Numbered from the whole stretch's first letter, positions 1 through 12,708 are shown. The stretch is 63,449 nucleotides of DNA, filler included, from Basidioascus undulatus (GCA_000826855.1; 9 parts of 9 records of this genome joined end to end with filler, not necessarily neighbours in it); one strand, 5' to 3'. A program made the numbers and translations. The notes: generated by a model from the sequence alone, not told the origin.

Positions 1-163
1 GAGGTTTATTTCTTTTTGGGGGAGGGAAGACGCGCGGGTAGAAGGCTGGAGGATAGCCGGACCAGCGATTGCACGTATGGGAGCCAGGGAGTCGTAGGGA
101 GGCGAGAGGGCAGATGCTGGAATGGTCATCAGGGCGGGCGACTGACGCGCTCGGGCGGACACA

Positions 164-1302
164 GCGGGCGACTCGGCGAACGACCAGAACACGGTCGTCT
201 TCAACCTGCAAGTCAAGTGCGAGCGCAACAAGTCGGCAAAGAAGGGCGAGACGGACCCGGACAAGCTGTATATCAACCACAAAGGTGCGTCTTGACCCGG
301 CCGCTCCCCCCGGCCTTCTCCCCCTCCTCCTCCTCCTCCTCCTCCTCCTCTCCTCTTCTTTCCTGTCTTCTCGCCTGGGTGGCGCGCTGAGCTGGGGGAG
401 GACAACGCAGTGCTGTCCCGGGATCTGGTGTGGAACCCGCAGGGCGGGCAGGCAGAGGACCCGCTTTTCACGGACGACCCGCCGCGCGCGATGGACCCGG
501 ATATCTTGCTCGCGAAGATGCGGCCGGGGCAGGTCCGTCCGCTCGCTGGCTTATTCGTCCCTTGTCCTGGAGGAAACCGCTCATGCGCCGGGGGTGCAAC
601 AGGAGCTGGACCTCGAGTTGCATTGCGTGAAGGGCATCGGGCAGGACCACGCGAAGTTCTCACCCGTCGGTTCGTCCTCCCCCTCCCTCTCCTCCCTCCT
701 CTTCCATCCTCGCGCTGATTCCTGTCCGTGCAGCCACCGCCACCTACCGCCTCCTCCCGCACATCAAGCTGCACGCGCCGATCCCGTCCGCGCACGCGGA
801 CCTCTTCGCCTCGTGCTTCGCGCCCGGCGTCGTGCGCGTCTCGCGCGACCCCGCGACGGGCGAGAAAAAGGCGGAGGTCGTCAACCCACGCAGGGATACG
901 GTCTCGCGCGAGGTGCTGAGGCATAAGGAGTTCGAGGGGATCGTGCAGTTGGGCAGGGTCAGGGATCACTTCATCTGTGCGTTGCCCTTCTTCTTCCTCC
1001 TCCCCTCCTCTTCTCCCCTCCCCCCTCCCTTTCTCTTTTCTCTTCCTTCTTCCACCTTTCTTTCCTCCCCTTCGTTCTTTGGTGAGGTGAAGTGGAAACT
1101 AAATACGGGTGGACTGGGCCGATCAACAGTCTCCGTCGAGTCCACCGGCGCGTACGCGCCCGAGGAGATGCTTCCCCAGGCCATCTCCGTCCTCCGCGAC
1201 AAGATCCACGCCGTCCGCAAGGGCCTCGACGGGATCATGAACCCCGCCGCCGCAGCGTCCGACGCGGGCGCGGGTGCAGAAGAGGAGATGGAGGAGTCAT
1301 AG
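164..1302 (+). CDS. RPC40: RNA polymerase I/III shared subunit AC40 (RPAC1), 5'-partial, spliced
   Basis: Spliced exons give NTVVFNLQVKC, DPDILLAKMRPGQ|ELDLELHCVKGIGQDHAKFSPV|ATATYRLLP, VVNPRRDTVSREVLRH, LGRVRDHFI|FSVESTGA. GT-AG introns at about 284-410, 533-602, 670-733 and 977-1129; TAG ends at 1302. Confidence 0.95.
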
Positions 1303-1728
1303 TCGGATGAGGGAGGGGGGGGCTTTCGGGTTGGGACCTGCTTGTATTTCTACCTTGCCTTGCGCGCGAGGGCGACGACGGGATAGAGGTCGTTTTCCTG
1401 CCGCAGTTGGAGTTTGCAAGCGGCTTAGGGTGCACGCGCTGACCTTGCTTCTTGCACTTGACTACCGGCCGGCGACTCAGCCTTTCCTCGACTCACTTTC
1501 GTGTTTTTCGCTCGCGCCACACGTTCCATCAATCGAACGGCGGCAACGGTATCCGTGCATTGTCGCTCATCGCTCATCACGCTCAAGGTTCATCCTCCCG
1601 ACCTCACGCAGCGTCATCTCTCCCTTCACCTTTCGCCTTTCCTCCACACGCCCATGTTCCGTCCCCTCCCTCGCGTACCTCCTGCTCGCGTGTTTCTGAC
1701 CACATCGTTCCACCCAAGGCGCACAGCA

Positions 1729-2782
1729 ATGTCCGAACGTCGCGCCGCCGAGCCGCGCATCCTCGAGCGCGCACCGCTTAAGAGCAAGGACGCGAAGTGG
1801 CTTGTGGGCCTTTTCCTCAGCTTGGCAAAAGATCGGTGCCAATAATTCGGAGTGCTGGGAGCCGGTAGGCGCTGAACAAGATCACTTGGCGAGATCAGGA
1901 GGGGAAAGAGCGCCAGTGGGAGAGTGCAGAGCGGAAAATGCGGGTGAAGGAGGGGGAGGTGCATGGTGCGTCGCAGTCGCATGCCCCTGATGAGGTCGAT
2001 CCGCTGGAGAAAAAACGCACGGGCCAGGGGTGGGCATGGTCGCACTCGTCACGCACGCTGGGGAGCCGGGCAACGCGGAGTCAATCATCGTGGTCGAGAG
2101 GTGGAGACCGACGATAGGGAGGTATTGCCTTGGTGAGGGCTGATTTCCATTTGGGGAGAGGAAAGGGGCTGAGAATGAGGGGTCGAACAGAGCTGCCTTC
2201 GGGTTTGTTGAGGCCAGAGGAGACCCTCGTGGAATGTGCGCTGCGCGAGCTGTGCGAGCAGACGGGGTTTGTGGGGCAGGATATCAACGTTGTCGAAAAA
2301 GTCCGCCTTCCCCATACCCATCTTTCCCTCTGCTCCATACCTCACACGTAATTGGCACCCGGCACTACAGACGTTCCCCCAATACACCGACCCCGGTCTC
2401 ACCAACTCCTCCATGCGCACAGTCGTCCTCCGCATCCGCCTGCCGCACGAGCGCCCGCCCGCCCCCGTGCCTGAGCCGCAGATCTCCAAGCGAGGGGAGG
2501 GGCTGGTCGTGAGGATGGTTGCGCTGGAGAGCTTGTATGCTACACTGAGAGGTGCGTCGGACTCTAGTCAGGGAGCCGCGAGACGAGGGGTAGAGGCGGG
2601 GAGGGTAGAGAGAGAAGGAGAAGGGAGAGGAGGAGAGGGTGAGGGGAAGAAGGGTAGGGGGAAGAAGAGAATACTGATGTGAGGGTTGGGGAGGGCGGGT
2701 AGAGTACGAAACCAAGGGGTTTGAGTGTACGGCGCCGCTGGCGATGTTTGCGCTGGGGTGGGAGATGGGGAAACCGACTTGA
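1729..2782 (+). CDS. Nudix hydrolase, YSA1/NUDT5 (ADP-ribose pyrophosphatase)-like, divergent; spliced
   Basis: KWL|ALNKITWRDQEGKERQWESAER, CL|ELPSGLLRPEETLVECALRELCEQTGF (Nudix box), YTDPGLTNSSM, last exon EYETKGFECTAPLAMFALGWEMGKPT*. Confidence 0.85.
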
Positions 2783-3281
2783 TGTTAGGGTGAAGCATGG
2801 ATACATGGTTGTCTGTCTCCGAGTGGAACTATCCACCCTGACAGCCTTTTCTAGAAAACAGCAGTACATCAAGCTTTTCCAGACTTATCTGATTTTCCAA
2901 GCTCTGGACCATTAAGTACAGGTAGATGTGATGAAACTGGCTGCGTACACTGCGCTGCTTTGGAGTGGCTGTCAGGCCCCGTGGGTGTCTCGACGCTTGA
3001 ACAACTTCTCGGGTGTATGTAGCAAGAAAATCATCCACAAGCTTAAACTTCCCGCAGTGTTGACTGTTAGAGCTCTGAGAAGTGTAGCACCACTGGCAGC
3101 GTGCTGTGTTGAAACAACAAAAAAGGGGCTGCGGGCGTGAGCTCATGCTGGCGCAAGCGGCAGCCTATCGCACGACCATCATCAACGCCTTCCACTCTTT
3201 CCATCACACACCCTGCCATCCAGTATCGCATTATATCGAATCCAGCGTATACGATAAACCAGATTCCATATCCCCCATGCA

Positions 3282-4646
3282 ATGAACCGGCTGACGCCGA
3301 TCCCGACGACGAACGAGTCGCTCTCGGCGCTGCTCTACCACGATGAGGAGCATCTCGTTGCGCAGCCGGGTGTAGGGCTCTACGACGGGTGCGTTCCATG
3401 TTTCAGTTATGGTCTCCATGAAAATGCTCACACTCGCTGTTGGCGGTAGCAAGGACAAGTCCCCCTCGCACCAAGACGGCACGATCCACCTCACATCCCA
3501 CCGCCTCATCTACGTCGACGCCGCCGCCCCGCACGCGCGCTCCCTAGCGCTCGACCTATCCGCCACCTCCCGCACAGAGTACTACGCCGGCTTCCTCAAG
3601 TCCAGCCCCAAGATCACCCTTGTTTTCGTCGGCCCGAGTGCGTCGTCTGCGCCCGAGAACAGCGAGAGCGCTGGGGCCGCCGGCGCGCAGGCGGAGGACG
3701 AGGATGGGCTCGCGGGGCAGCAGGGATGGACGTGCAATGTCTGCAGCTTTGTCAACCCCCCAACTAAGGCGTCCGCGCCTCGATGTACGCTGTGCGGCGT
3801 CGCGCGCGATATCGCCTGGGGCGGCACCCGGGCCGTCGCTGCTCCATCCCCCTCCCATCATCCTCGTCCGTCTTCCTCCCCTCCCACAACCACCGCCATC
3901 CCCCCCGCGCTTGCACCCGTACCGTCCGCAGACGGCCTCATCTTCTGCCCGACATGCACCTTCCTCAACCACCCCTCCATGGCCAAGTGCGAGATGTGCG
4001 ACACCCCCCTGGGCACGCACTCGCCTGCCGTCCCCTCCCGCCCGCGCACGCTCGCGGCGGGGACAGCCGACTCACCCAACGGGAGTAGTCGGCCCGTCAC
4101 GCCCGGCGGGTCGGTCGCGGACTCGATCAAGCTAAGCTTTAGGCGCGGAGGGGACAAGGCACTGTACGCCGCTCTGAAGCGGGCGCTGGGGGCGAAGGTG
4201 TGGGCGCGGGATGTGAGTTTTCCGCTTGGGCTTCTGGTGCTGGTGAGACCGGGTGCTCATTTAGGTGGGACGACAGTCTGCGGATCCTCTGCGCGAGCGC
4301 CCGCGAAGACCTGACGCGTCTGGGGCGGCGGGGGCGGACGAGCCGGAAGACGACCACGTCCAAGCAGGAATCAGTGCATCGCTCTCTCTATCCTCTCACC
4401 ACCCTCTCACTCCATCTAACCATCCTCCCCACCCCAACGCAGATGGCATCCTCGCTTCGGTCTCCCTCACGGCGCGCTCGCGCGACACAGGGCTCCACTC
4501 CGCCCTCTCGGACCTCGAAGCGCTCATGTCCAAAGCAGCCGACATGGTCTCCCTCGCGGAATCGCTCGCTGCGCGGCTGCCCGCGCACGCGCGCACGTCC
4601 GCCGACGCCGAGGCCGAGACGCTCGTGCGCTCGAGCCTCGTCCGCC
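3282..4646 (+). CDS. VPS36: ESCRT-II subunit Vps36 (GLUE domain with NZF zinc fingers), 3'-partial
   Basis: VGLYDG|KDK...HQDGTIHLTSHRLIYVD, AGFLKSSPKITL, NZF motifs WTCNVCSFVN and CPTCTFLNHPSMAKCEMCDTP, KLSFRRGG, ALSDLEALMSKAADMV. Confidence 0.93.
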
Positions 4647-4746
4647 NNNNNNNNNNNNNNNNNNNNNNNNNNNNNNNNNNNNNNNNNNNNTTAATTAATT
4701 AANNNNNNNNNNNNNNNNNNNNNNNNNNNNNNNNNNNNNNNNNNNN
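4647..4746. other. Artificial contig linker (44N-TTAATTAATTAA-44N)
   Basis: Identical 100-bp spacer with stops in all six frames, found 8 times in the window. Confidence 0.98.
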
Positions 4747-5299
4747 CCGTGCACCCGTCGCCCCCGGGAGGACCGCCCCCGGGAGGCCCCCGCGTGCGCG
4801 TGGACCGGTTGAACTTCGGGTCCGCGGGCGCGAGCTTCACGCGCAGGGGCCGCCCGCCGACGGGGTTCTCGTCCAGGTTCCGGCACGCGGAGGCGGCGGT
4901 CTCGTGGTCTGCACCGCGGCGGAGATGCGCGAGAGACGGGGAAGGGAAGGGGTGGATGTGAGTGTAGTGGAAGACGGAAAGGAGGGAGAAGGGGAGACGG
5001 ACCGTAGAATTCGCAGAACCCATAGCCTTTCGGCTTGCCGGTCTGCTTGTCGTAGTTCATCCTGCACGTCCACCAGCATCAGGAGGAAGGAGATGAAGCG
5101 ATGGAGTAAGACGCACCGGAACTCTTTGACCGGCCCCACCTCAGAGAAGATGCGGGTGATCTCCTCCTCGGAGACATCGTACGGGAGGTTCCCGACTGGA
5201 AGGAGCGTTCAACCTGTGAGCGACGAGGGAGGAGATGGAGGGTTGGGGGAGGGAAGGCGCACCGAAGACGATGCTCGAGTGCGGGTCGACGTTCGCCAT
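4747..5299 (-). CDS. RNA15: Cleavage stimulation factor 64-kDa/Rna15 RRM protein, 3'-partial
   Basis: MANVDPHSSIVF|VGNLPYDVSEEEITRIFSEVGPVKEFR|MNYDKQTGKPKGYGFCEFY|DHETAASACRNL...GRPLRV is a typical CstF64 RRM. Confidence 0.88.
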
Positions 5300-5729
5300 T
5301 ACAGCCTCGCGCAGGAGAAGCTGTGGAGTTGTTCGGAGGGCGTCAGTACGCGTGTGCAGTGAGTTTGGTAGTCGGAGCGCGCAGATGGAGCAGCAAGCAG
5401 GGTGGCTGGTCTGATTAGAGCAGGCCTTGCGCGCGCACTCGCACTCGCACTCCCACACAGACAGACAGAATAATGACCTTTGTTTAATGTGCGGGTGTAT
5501 GCTAGAAAGAACGGCACAGAGACCAGACGAGTGAGGGCGACGAAGAAGACGAGGGATGAAGGGCAAAGCAAGAGAAGTTGGGAGCTCGGCGGGCGGAATG
5601 TCGTTTGGAGTGCTCGCAGCGCAGGGGGTTTTGTTCTCCGCTAACCCTGCACCAAACCAATGTGCAACGCTCACCAGATTAAGTTCTAAACTCGCTTACT
5701 GACCTCACATACCCTGGCTTGACAATACC

Positions 5730-8700
5730 ATGGACGATCCCCGACTGCACACGCACCCGCATACGCTCCCCCTCCGCCCACTCCCCTTCCTCTCCGTGCC
5801 CGCGCCCGACGCGCCCCTCCGGCCCCTCCCCATCCCCAACCCTCACTTCCTGCCAACGCCGCCATCACACTCCGGTGCGAGTACAGCGTACACGCCGGCA
5901 TGGGCGAGACAGCAGATCGAGTCGCTTTCTCAGTCGCAATCGTCCCCTGAGGGCACCTACGCCCCTACACCAGCTCATGTCCTCCCCACCCCACCTTCTT
6001 CCACCCCGGCACCTGCGCCCCAACCTTCGCCCCAGCTGCAGGGCATGAGCAGCCTCTCGCCCCCCGCGCCAGAGCAGAGAAGGAGCCAGCGCCCGTCTTT
6101 GAGCTGTACGGAGTGCGCGAGGTGCGTCCCATTTCTCCCCTTGTCCTGTATTTCCTCTCCTCTCCGTCTCCCTCTTTCACTCATCCTCTGTCGACCTGAA
6201 TACCAACTCCTGTGCGACAGACGAAAGATCAAGTGTCCGTTTCCCCCTCACCCCTCTCCCTCTCCCTATCTCACCCCCTCCCCTTCTCGCAGGCGATAAG
6301 CAGCTCCCCTGCTCCTCCTGCAAGCGCCGCGGCCACTCGTCGCTCTGCCGCGTCGACCCGACCGGTGAGCACCGGCGCGAGCTGGCGACTTACCCCCATC
6401 CACCCCCTGCTCCTCCTCCGCACGGCACCCCCTCATTGGATCCTTCGAGCCAGCAGAACGAACTCGCCGCGCTGCGCAGCCGCGTTGCGCGCCTCGAGGC
6501 CGCGCTCGCCAGGATGCACCCGGACGTCCTGGCTGGCGCGGGGCCCGTCGGCGCGGGCGGAGGAGGGAAGAGGAGGGCGAAGACAGAGGCTGATACGGAA
6601 GGTGCGTGTGGTGTCTTTCCCAACCCAACTTCCTCGTCCTCACCACCTTCCCAACAGACGCCGCCGCAACCCTCGAGTTCCTCGCCGTCGGCGGGAAACG
6701 TTCCCCCTTCTCCACTCCCCTTTTGCCCTTCTCACAGCCCCCCCCCTCATCTCCCCCCACCAAACGCCCTCGCCTCTCCACCTCCCCTGTACCCCGCCCT
6801 CGTCTTCCGCCCCCGCCAAAACTCTTCCAGTACCGCCCCGACCCCGCGCCCTCCGGGCGTCTCCTGCCGTCCCGCGCGCGCGCGTGGCTCCTCGTAGAGT
6901 ACTTTGGGGAGTGGGTGCAGTGGCAGCATAATTGTTTGCATTTCCCCGGGTTTAGGCGGGAGGTGGAGAGCTATTGGGAGGCTAGGGAGAGGGAGGGAGA
7001 GAAGGCCTGGGGGGATAGGACGTGGTTGGGGCTGATATTTGCTGTGCTTTGCGTGCGTCTTCCTCCTTTCTCTCCTCCTCCCACTACCTTCTGCTTTCGG
7101 CTTTGCCTTTCGACTTTTCATGCTGAGATGAGACTATACAGTGCGCCGTAAACGCCATGACGCGCGAGCAAGGTGCCGAGCTGGGTTTCACAATCGGTCC
7201 GTCTCCCTCCCTCTCCCTCTCCTCTCCTTTCCTCTCCTCTCCACCCCTCTTTTCCTCCTCCGAATCTCACATGTCGTTTGGGACAACCACAGACGACCTC
7301 AAAACCCTCCCCGCCAAGTACTTCGCCGCCGCGCTCGCCGCGCTCGCGCACGCGCAGTTCATGTCCGTGCACAATCTGCACAACGTCGTCCGTCCCCCCC
7401 CCCTTCGTTCTCCCTCTCCCTTCTTCCATTGACGCCTCCTCCCTCACAGCAAGCGCTCATCCTCCTCGGCACCGTCGCTCCAACACTCGGGTTCGTCCCT
7501 CTCTCCTCACCCTCTCCTTCCCCTTCTTTCTCCTCACCCAAGACTCTAATGTGTCTGGTTGTGGGGAACAGGGGCCCACACATGCACGCCTCCCTCCAGA
7601 CAGTCGCGATTCGCGTTGCGCAGGGCTTGGGGCTGAATCGGATCGGGCCGGAGCCGGAGGGTGGTGCAGGCGGAGGAGGTGGGAGTGGAGGAGTCTTGCA
7701 GCGCGAGGTGGGGAGACGGGTGTGGTGGTGTTTGACTGTGGCGGACTGGTGCGTCCTTCCAGCAGACAAGAGAGGAAGGGAGGGGATGCTAAGCGTGTGG
7801 AGGTGGGATGGGAAGCAGGTGTCAGATCCCGGCCAACCGAACGTACGCCATCTTCCCCGACCGCTTTTCGAGCGAGCTCCCTCGGAACGTAGACGACGAG
7901 GACGTGGACGAGCGGTCGGCGCGCGCGAAGCCTCTGGACGTGCCCACGACCTCATCTCACCTCATGTTCGTCTCCTCTTCCCCATCCCCACAGTGTGTAG
8001 AAAAACTGAAGTGGGTGATGGGTGCACAGCTTCACCGCCCGCATCGCCGAAGTCGTCCGTCGGCTGTTCGACCACTTCAACGCGTCCTCTGTACCGTCGT
8101 ACGACTGGACACTCCACCTCGACGCGGAACTCCGCGGCATAATCCGCTCGCTCCCGCCTTACCTCCAATCCACCACCACCACCACCCTTTCCTCCTCCTT
8201 CTCTGCCTCCGCCTCTGAGGTCGACACGCGCCACCCGTACCTCCCGCTCCAGCGCCTCGTCATACAGGTCTCGGCGAACCACAAGCTCTTGCTGCTCCAC
8301 CGCCCCTGGCTCGGCAAGAGCTTCCGCGACGAGAGGTACTCGTACTCCCGCGCGTCGTCCATTGATGCGGCCAAGGCGATCCTGCGCGAGGCGAGGCATG
8401 GACTGCAGCCGGGACTGGGGCTGTATTATAAAGCGCAGGCGTGCGTCTTCCCTCCTCCCTTCCCGACCCCCCTCCTCTCTTCTCCCTCGTTCCGCTCCGC
8501 CCCTGCTGACCCGCCGCGCGCGCAGGTACATTGCGACCTACTCAATCGCGGCAGCGATCGTGCTCGGCCTCGACGTGTACAACACTTCCTCCCCCAACTC
8601 CGCGCGGGACGACGAGCACCGCGCAATGATCCGCTGGGCGGTGGAAGCCCTGCGCACGTGCGAGTTCTCCACGCCCTGGCACCAGCGCGGCATGCGCGTC

Positions 8701-9386
8701 CTCGAGCTCGTCCTCGCCGAGGAGGCGTCCGCGCGAGCACGCCGCGAGGCGGGCGAGCCGCCCGAGAATGTTAAGCTCGATCTGGCGAGGATCGTCGCAG
8801 CGCTGGGGGACTCGGATAGGGAAGCCCAGCAGCCGCAGGTGGCCAGCCCCGGGAGCGACGGACCGAGGACACCCCTGCAGGTGCCCCGAGCGAGCTGCCC
8901 GGACGCGAGCGAGCTGCCCCAACCCCAGCCTCAGCAGGAGCAGCCGCCATCGTACTTCTACCCCCAGCCTCCGCAGGCGCCCCCACCACAGACGCAGGCG
9001 CCCCACCAATTCGCCGCGCCGCCCCAGACGCCGTACCACGCCGGCCCGCCGATGGTGCAGCAGATGCCGACGAGCGAAGCTGCGCCCGTCTACGCGCGTG
9101 CGCCCGCCCCCGTCGAGGCGCACCAGACGGTCGAAGACTATGCGCAGAGCCAGCTCGTCGACCCGTTTTTGATGTCCAGCTTTGATCCGCTCGATGCGGC
9201 GACGGTGCCTTGCTGCTCCTCTTCCTTACCTTCTCTTCTTTTGCGACGGTGGCTGACTTGAGATACTGCGCGACAGACTGCGGCGCTCCACGAAAACAAC
9301 GCAGGTAAGTCCGATCTCCTGCCCGCTCCATCCCCCCGCACCCATCTGACCCACATTCATCCCCGAAGCAGCGATCTTCCACTACC
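5730..9386 (+). CDS. Zn(II)2Cys6 fungal transcription factor with fungal-specific TF middle domain, 3'-partial
   Basis: Spliced cluster SCTECAR|RKIKC|DKQLPCSSCKRRGHSSLC, coiled coil ELAALRSRVARLEAAL, AIRVAQGLGLNR, REVGRRVWWCLTVADW, LLLHRPW, and a Q/P-rich tail. Confidence 0.93.
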
Positions 9387-9486
9387 NNNNNNNNNNNNNN
9401 NNNNNNNNNNNNNNNNNNNNNNNNNNNNNNTTAATTAATTAANNNNNNNNNNNNNNNNNNNNNNNNNNNNNNNNNNNNNNNNNNNN
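9387..9486. other. Artificial contig linker
   Basis: Same 44N/TTAATTAATTAA/44N spacer. Confidence 0.98.
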
Positions 9487-10175
9487 GGGGCGTGGAGGGG
9501 GGGGGGGAGGGGAGGGGGAGCGTCGCATATTGCGACATGGTCCAGCTAGGCACGAGATCGAGTAGCAAATGGAGCTCTTCGAGGAGGGTAAGTCTCGACA
9601 GTGTTGCAAAGATGACAGCGGTGCCGCAGTTGCAGGCGAGGTCGATGTCCAAATATCGGAAGGAGGTAGCGCAGGACAGGATCGAGGGAAGAATAAACGT
9701 GAAGCTGTGTTGATGACTATAAGAGCGTTCGGAGGGCCTGACGATTTTGAGATGGCGAAGATTATGTGATCAAGCCGAGAAGGCTCGCGAACTCCCCCTC
9801 GCTATGCGGAAGGAAAGTCATGCCAAAGTTAAGCGTCAAGTTGTGAATGCCCGAGACTCGAGATTTGTCGTTGGCGAGGCGAAAGATGAGGTAGTGGCAG
9901 AACTTGCGGATATGATGTGACTTCCGCAAGTGGAGTGGGGAACAGTAGAGGTGATGCGATGTCCGGCGCTCGAGGTAGATGACTCGTTAGCACGTATGGT
10001 AGGACACAGCCATTCATGAGTTACTTACCTTCCATGCCTTGCATACCAGAACCAAAGTATGAGCAACGCTGACGCTACCCGATCGAGGGGGAAACACAGA
10101 GTCCTCCATGGCGAGTTCAAAGATGCGGGAGAGAATATCGGGCGGCGTCTTTGCCTGAGCGATCGAGAGCGACAT
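9487..10175 (-). pseudogene. F-box-like protein, apparently frameshifted
   Basis: Exon 1 MSLSIAQAKTPPDILSRIFELA...LVLVCKAWK ends at a GTAAGT donor. The downstream segments DIASPLLF / LHLRKSHHIRKF...IHNLTLNF...LLGLIT* / NLRHLKI...YLDIDL join only through frame changes. Confidence 0.55.
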
Positions 10176-10621
10176 GATGGCCCGGTTTGATAGTGTAGTG
10201 AACGGTCTCAAAGGTCTCAAAGGCTTGAAATGAGGGAAAGCAATGATTTGAGGAGGTAGATTGTGGTAAGCAACAAGGAGCTGGCGAGACAACGTGGTCG
10301 AGTGCGGACGCCGCAACGCACGGACATCAAATGCTCAGCAGCTAACACAAGCACGCAATACCTAACGTATTTCATCAGCGCCGAAGGAACATATGCCCTT
10401 GATTTCTCCAGGGGATTATCTGTTACTCTCGTCTTGCCGATCAAAACGTAATTAGCAACTCTGGGTTATCTGAGCGGCATGACAGCCAGCCACGACCTCA
10501 CGACCTGCAGTCGAGCGTCGAGTCCAAGGGTGTCATGCATCATCAACCCTCCTCTAAATGCCTCAGTGGCATAACAAGCATCTAGTACGATAATCGTCGT
10601 CCCGATCAAGAAGCAAGGAAT

Positions 10622-11738
10622 CTAGTTCTTGGCGCCGAATGCCTTGACGCGCTCCTCGATGGGAGCTAACTCCTTGTCGCCAGCGCCGGCGGCGGGGGTG
10701 CCGAAGACGAGCTGTAAGACAGCGGCATGTCAGGATCTAAACGACGAGAAGAGGGGATGGGTGGGAAGGGGAGACGGACCTGGGACTTGAGGGTCCACGA
10801 CTCGGGGAGGTCGAACGCCTTGCGGACGTCCTCGTCGATGAGGGGGTTGCTGATCACGCACACATCCGCAATAAGCCACTGTCCTCACGGCCCGGGGATA
10901 AGGGAAGCTATAGGCAGACGCACTAGTGCTGGAGGTTGGCACCGAGGCCCTCGGCCTCAAGGGCAGTCCAGACGTGGATCTGGTGCGCGCCCGAGGTGTG
11001 CTCGGACCACTGCGGGAAGCGGTCCGCGTAGAGCGCGAACTTCTCCTGCAGGCCCTTGACTACGGTCTGGTCCTCGAAAAAGAGGACGGAGCCGTACGCC
11101 TGAGCGAAGCGAGCGGGTGTCAGGCGCGAGAGTAGGCGGGATGGAAGACGAGGAAGGAAGACGCACGGAGCGGAAGTTGTTGACCTTCGCCTCGGTCGCG
11201 GACCAGGCGACCTCGTCGGCGGCGAGGGGCTTCAGTGCCTTGAGGACAAAGTCCCAGACCTGCACATACCCAATCCGTCTCGTCAACCCTCCAGCTTCTA
11301 GACCATCTTTTACCGCGACCCAGAGGACAAGCAGCGTACCTTGACGTGCTCGTCACCGAAGACAACGACAGCGCGGGTAGACTGGCTGTTCTGTAACGCT
11401 CACAAACGATGGTCAGCCTCATGGGAACCGAGCACATGGGCGTGGGCTGAGCAGGACGCACGAAGGAAGACGGGGTGTGCTTGACGACCTCCTGGACGAT
11501 CTCAACGACGCGCGAGTCGGGGATGGTCGACTCTTTCTTGAGCGCGTAGTAACTACGGCGCGAGGCGATGGTGGCTGTGGGCGCGGGCACGGCTCATCAG
11601 CAAGCGTGTGGAAAAGAGGCTGCGTGGTCGAGAGAAGACGAACAGAGGTAGGCTATAGGATCGCGCGAGTACGTCAGTACGCCCGTCGGTGAGCATGTAC
11701 GAGAAGAAATACGGACACTTGGCAGCACCGAGAGACAT
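10622..11738 (-). CDS. Nitroreductase-family protein, FRM2/HBN1-like; spliced
   Basis: MSLGAAK|SYL|STIASRRSYYALKK, VKHTPSSF|NSQSTRAVV, AYGSVLFFEDQ, HQIHVWTALEAEGLGANLQHY|NPLID, LVFGTP...ERVKAFGAKN*. Confidence 0.93.
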
Positions 11739-11839
11739 GGTTGGCAGAGAAGTGTGAGGTTGAGGTGTGGAATAGAGCGTGCGCGAGGAGGAGGTGAAGT
11801 GGGGAAGGGAGCTGCCAGGCCATCTTGGCCTTCCCCGCC

Positions 11840-11845
11840 TTTATA
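11840..11845 (-). promoter_or_regulatory. TATA box of the nitroreductase gene
   Basis: TATAAA on the minus strand about 100 bp upstream of the ATG, in a GC-rich context. Confidence 0.55.
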
Positions 11846-12708
11846 CCGCACCGGATCAGGCGGCCGGGCAGCTTGCTGATCATGCTCACGCTTCGACGGG
11901 CTTCGCTGGCATGCTCAGCGCCCAGGCGTAGACTAATCATGGTCAGCCAGGGCATTGCGAGCGCGGTGTCAGCAGCGACCTCAGCGAGGCGAGAAGACGC
12001 GCGACTGACAAATTACGTTCACGCAAGCTTGACCAAGAGTGGACCTGCGAGGTGTTTCAGCGAACCATCTAGGATTGCTACACTCGCGCATGGAAGGGGG
12101 ATGAGTAAAAATGTGGAAGGCCTGCAAGGAGGATGAAGAAGACGAAGAATCTGTAGTACGTGGTTGGAGGTCAGCTGCAACCGCCAGGTCCATTGAGTTC
12201 GAACTGAATGTGTCCATGTGCTGACAAGCTGCAATGATTGTTCACGTTATGTTGACAAGCTGCTACCCGACAAGATCATTGATGGATTGCAGCTGTTCGA
12301 GACTTTGAACTGTAGGCGAAAGGCCGAGCGTAGTCAGTAGCGACGCAACAGTGCGTACTCAGCAACACGTTGAACCGGGCCTGAGGGCGCGAGCGAGAAA
12401 CCACGCCCGTACAAGCTCACACGATGTAACAGGGCAATTGGTTGTATCATTGCCCAGAACAAAAAACCTGTAACAGTGTATATGTTTTCAGGGATACGTC
12501 AAGGAGACAGCGGTCAACTTCCAGGATATCGAGGTACACTAGTCATCTCAAATCAGAAATAATCGTCGAGGGAAATGCAATGCGCGAAAGAAGCAGCACG
12601 GAATGCGAAAAACGGAACGCGTAAGAAGAAGCACGGAAGCACAAACAGACCAAGAGCGAAACACGAAACGAGCAGACCTCCTCCTCTAGCACCCCTCGCG
12701 CCGGTGCC

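Noticed and set aside
1988..2025. Hammerhead ribozyme core (CTGATGAG...GAAA)
   Set aside because: No stem II can form between the motifs; CTGAT here fits an intron branch site.
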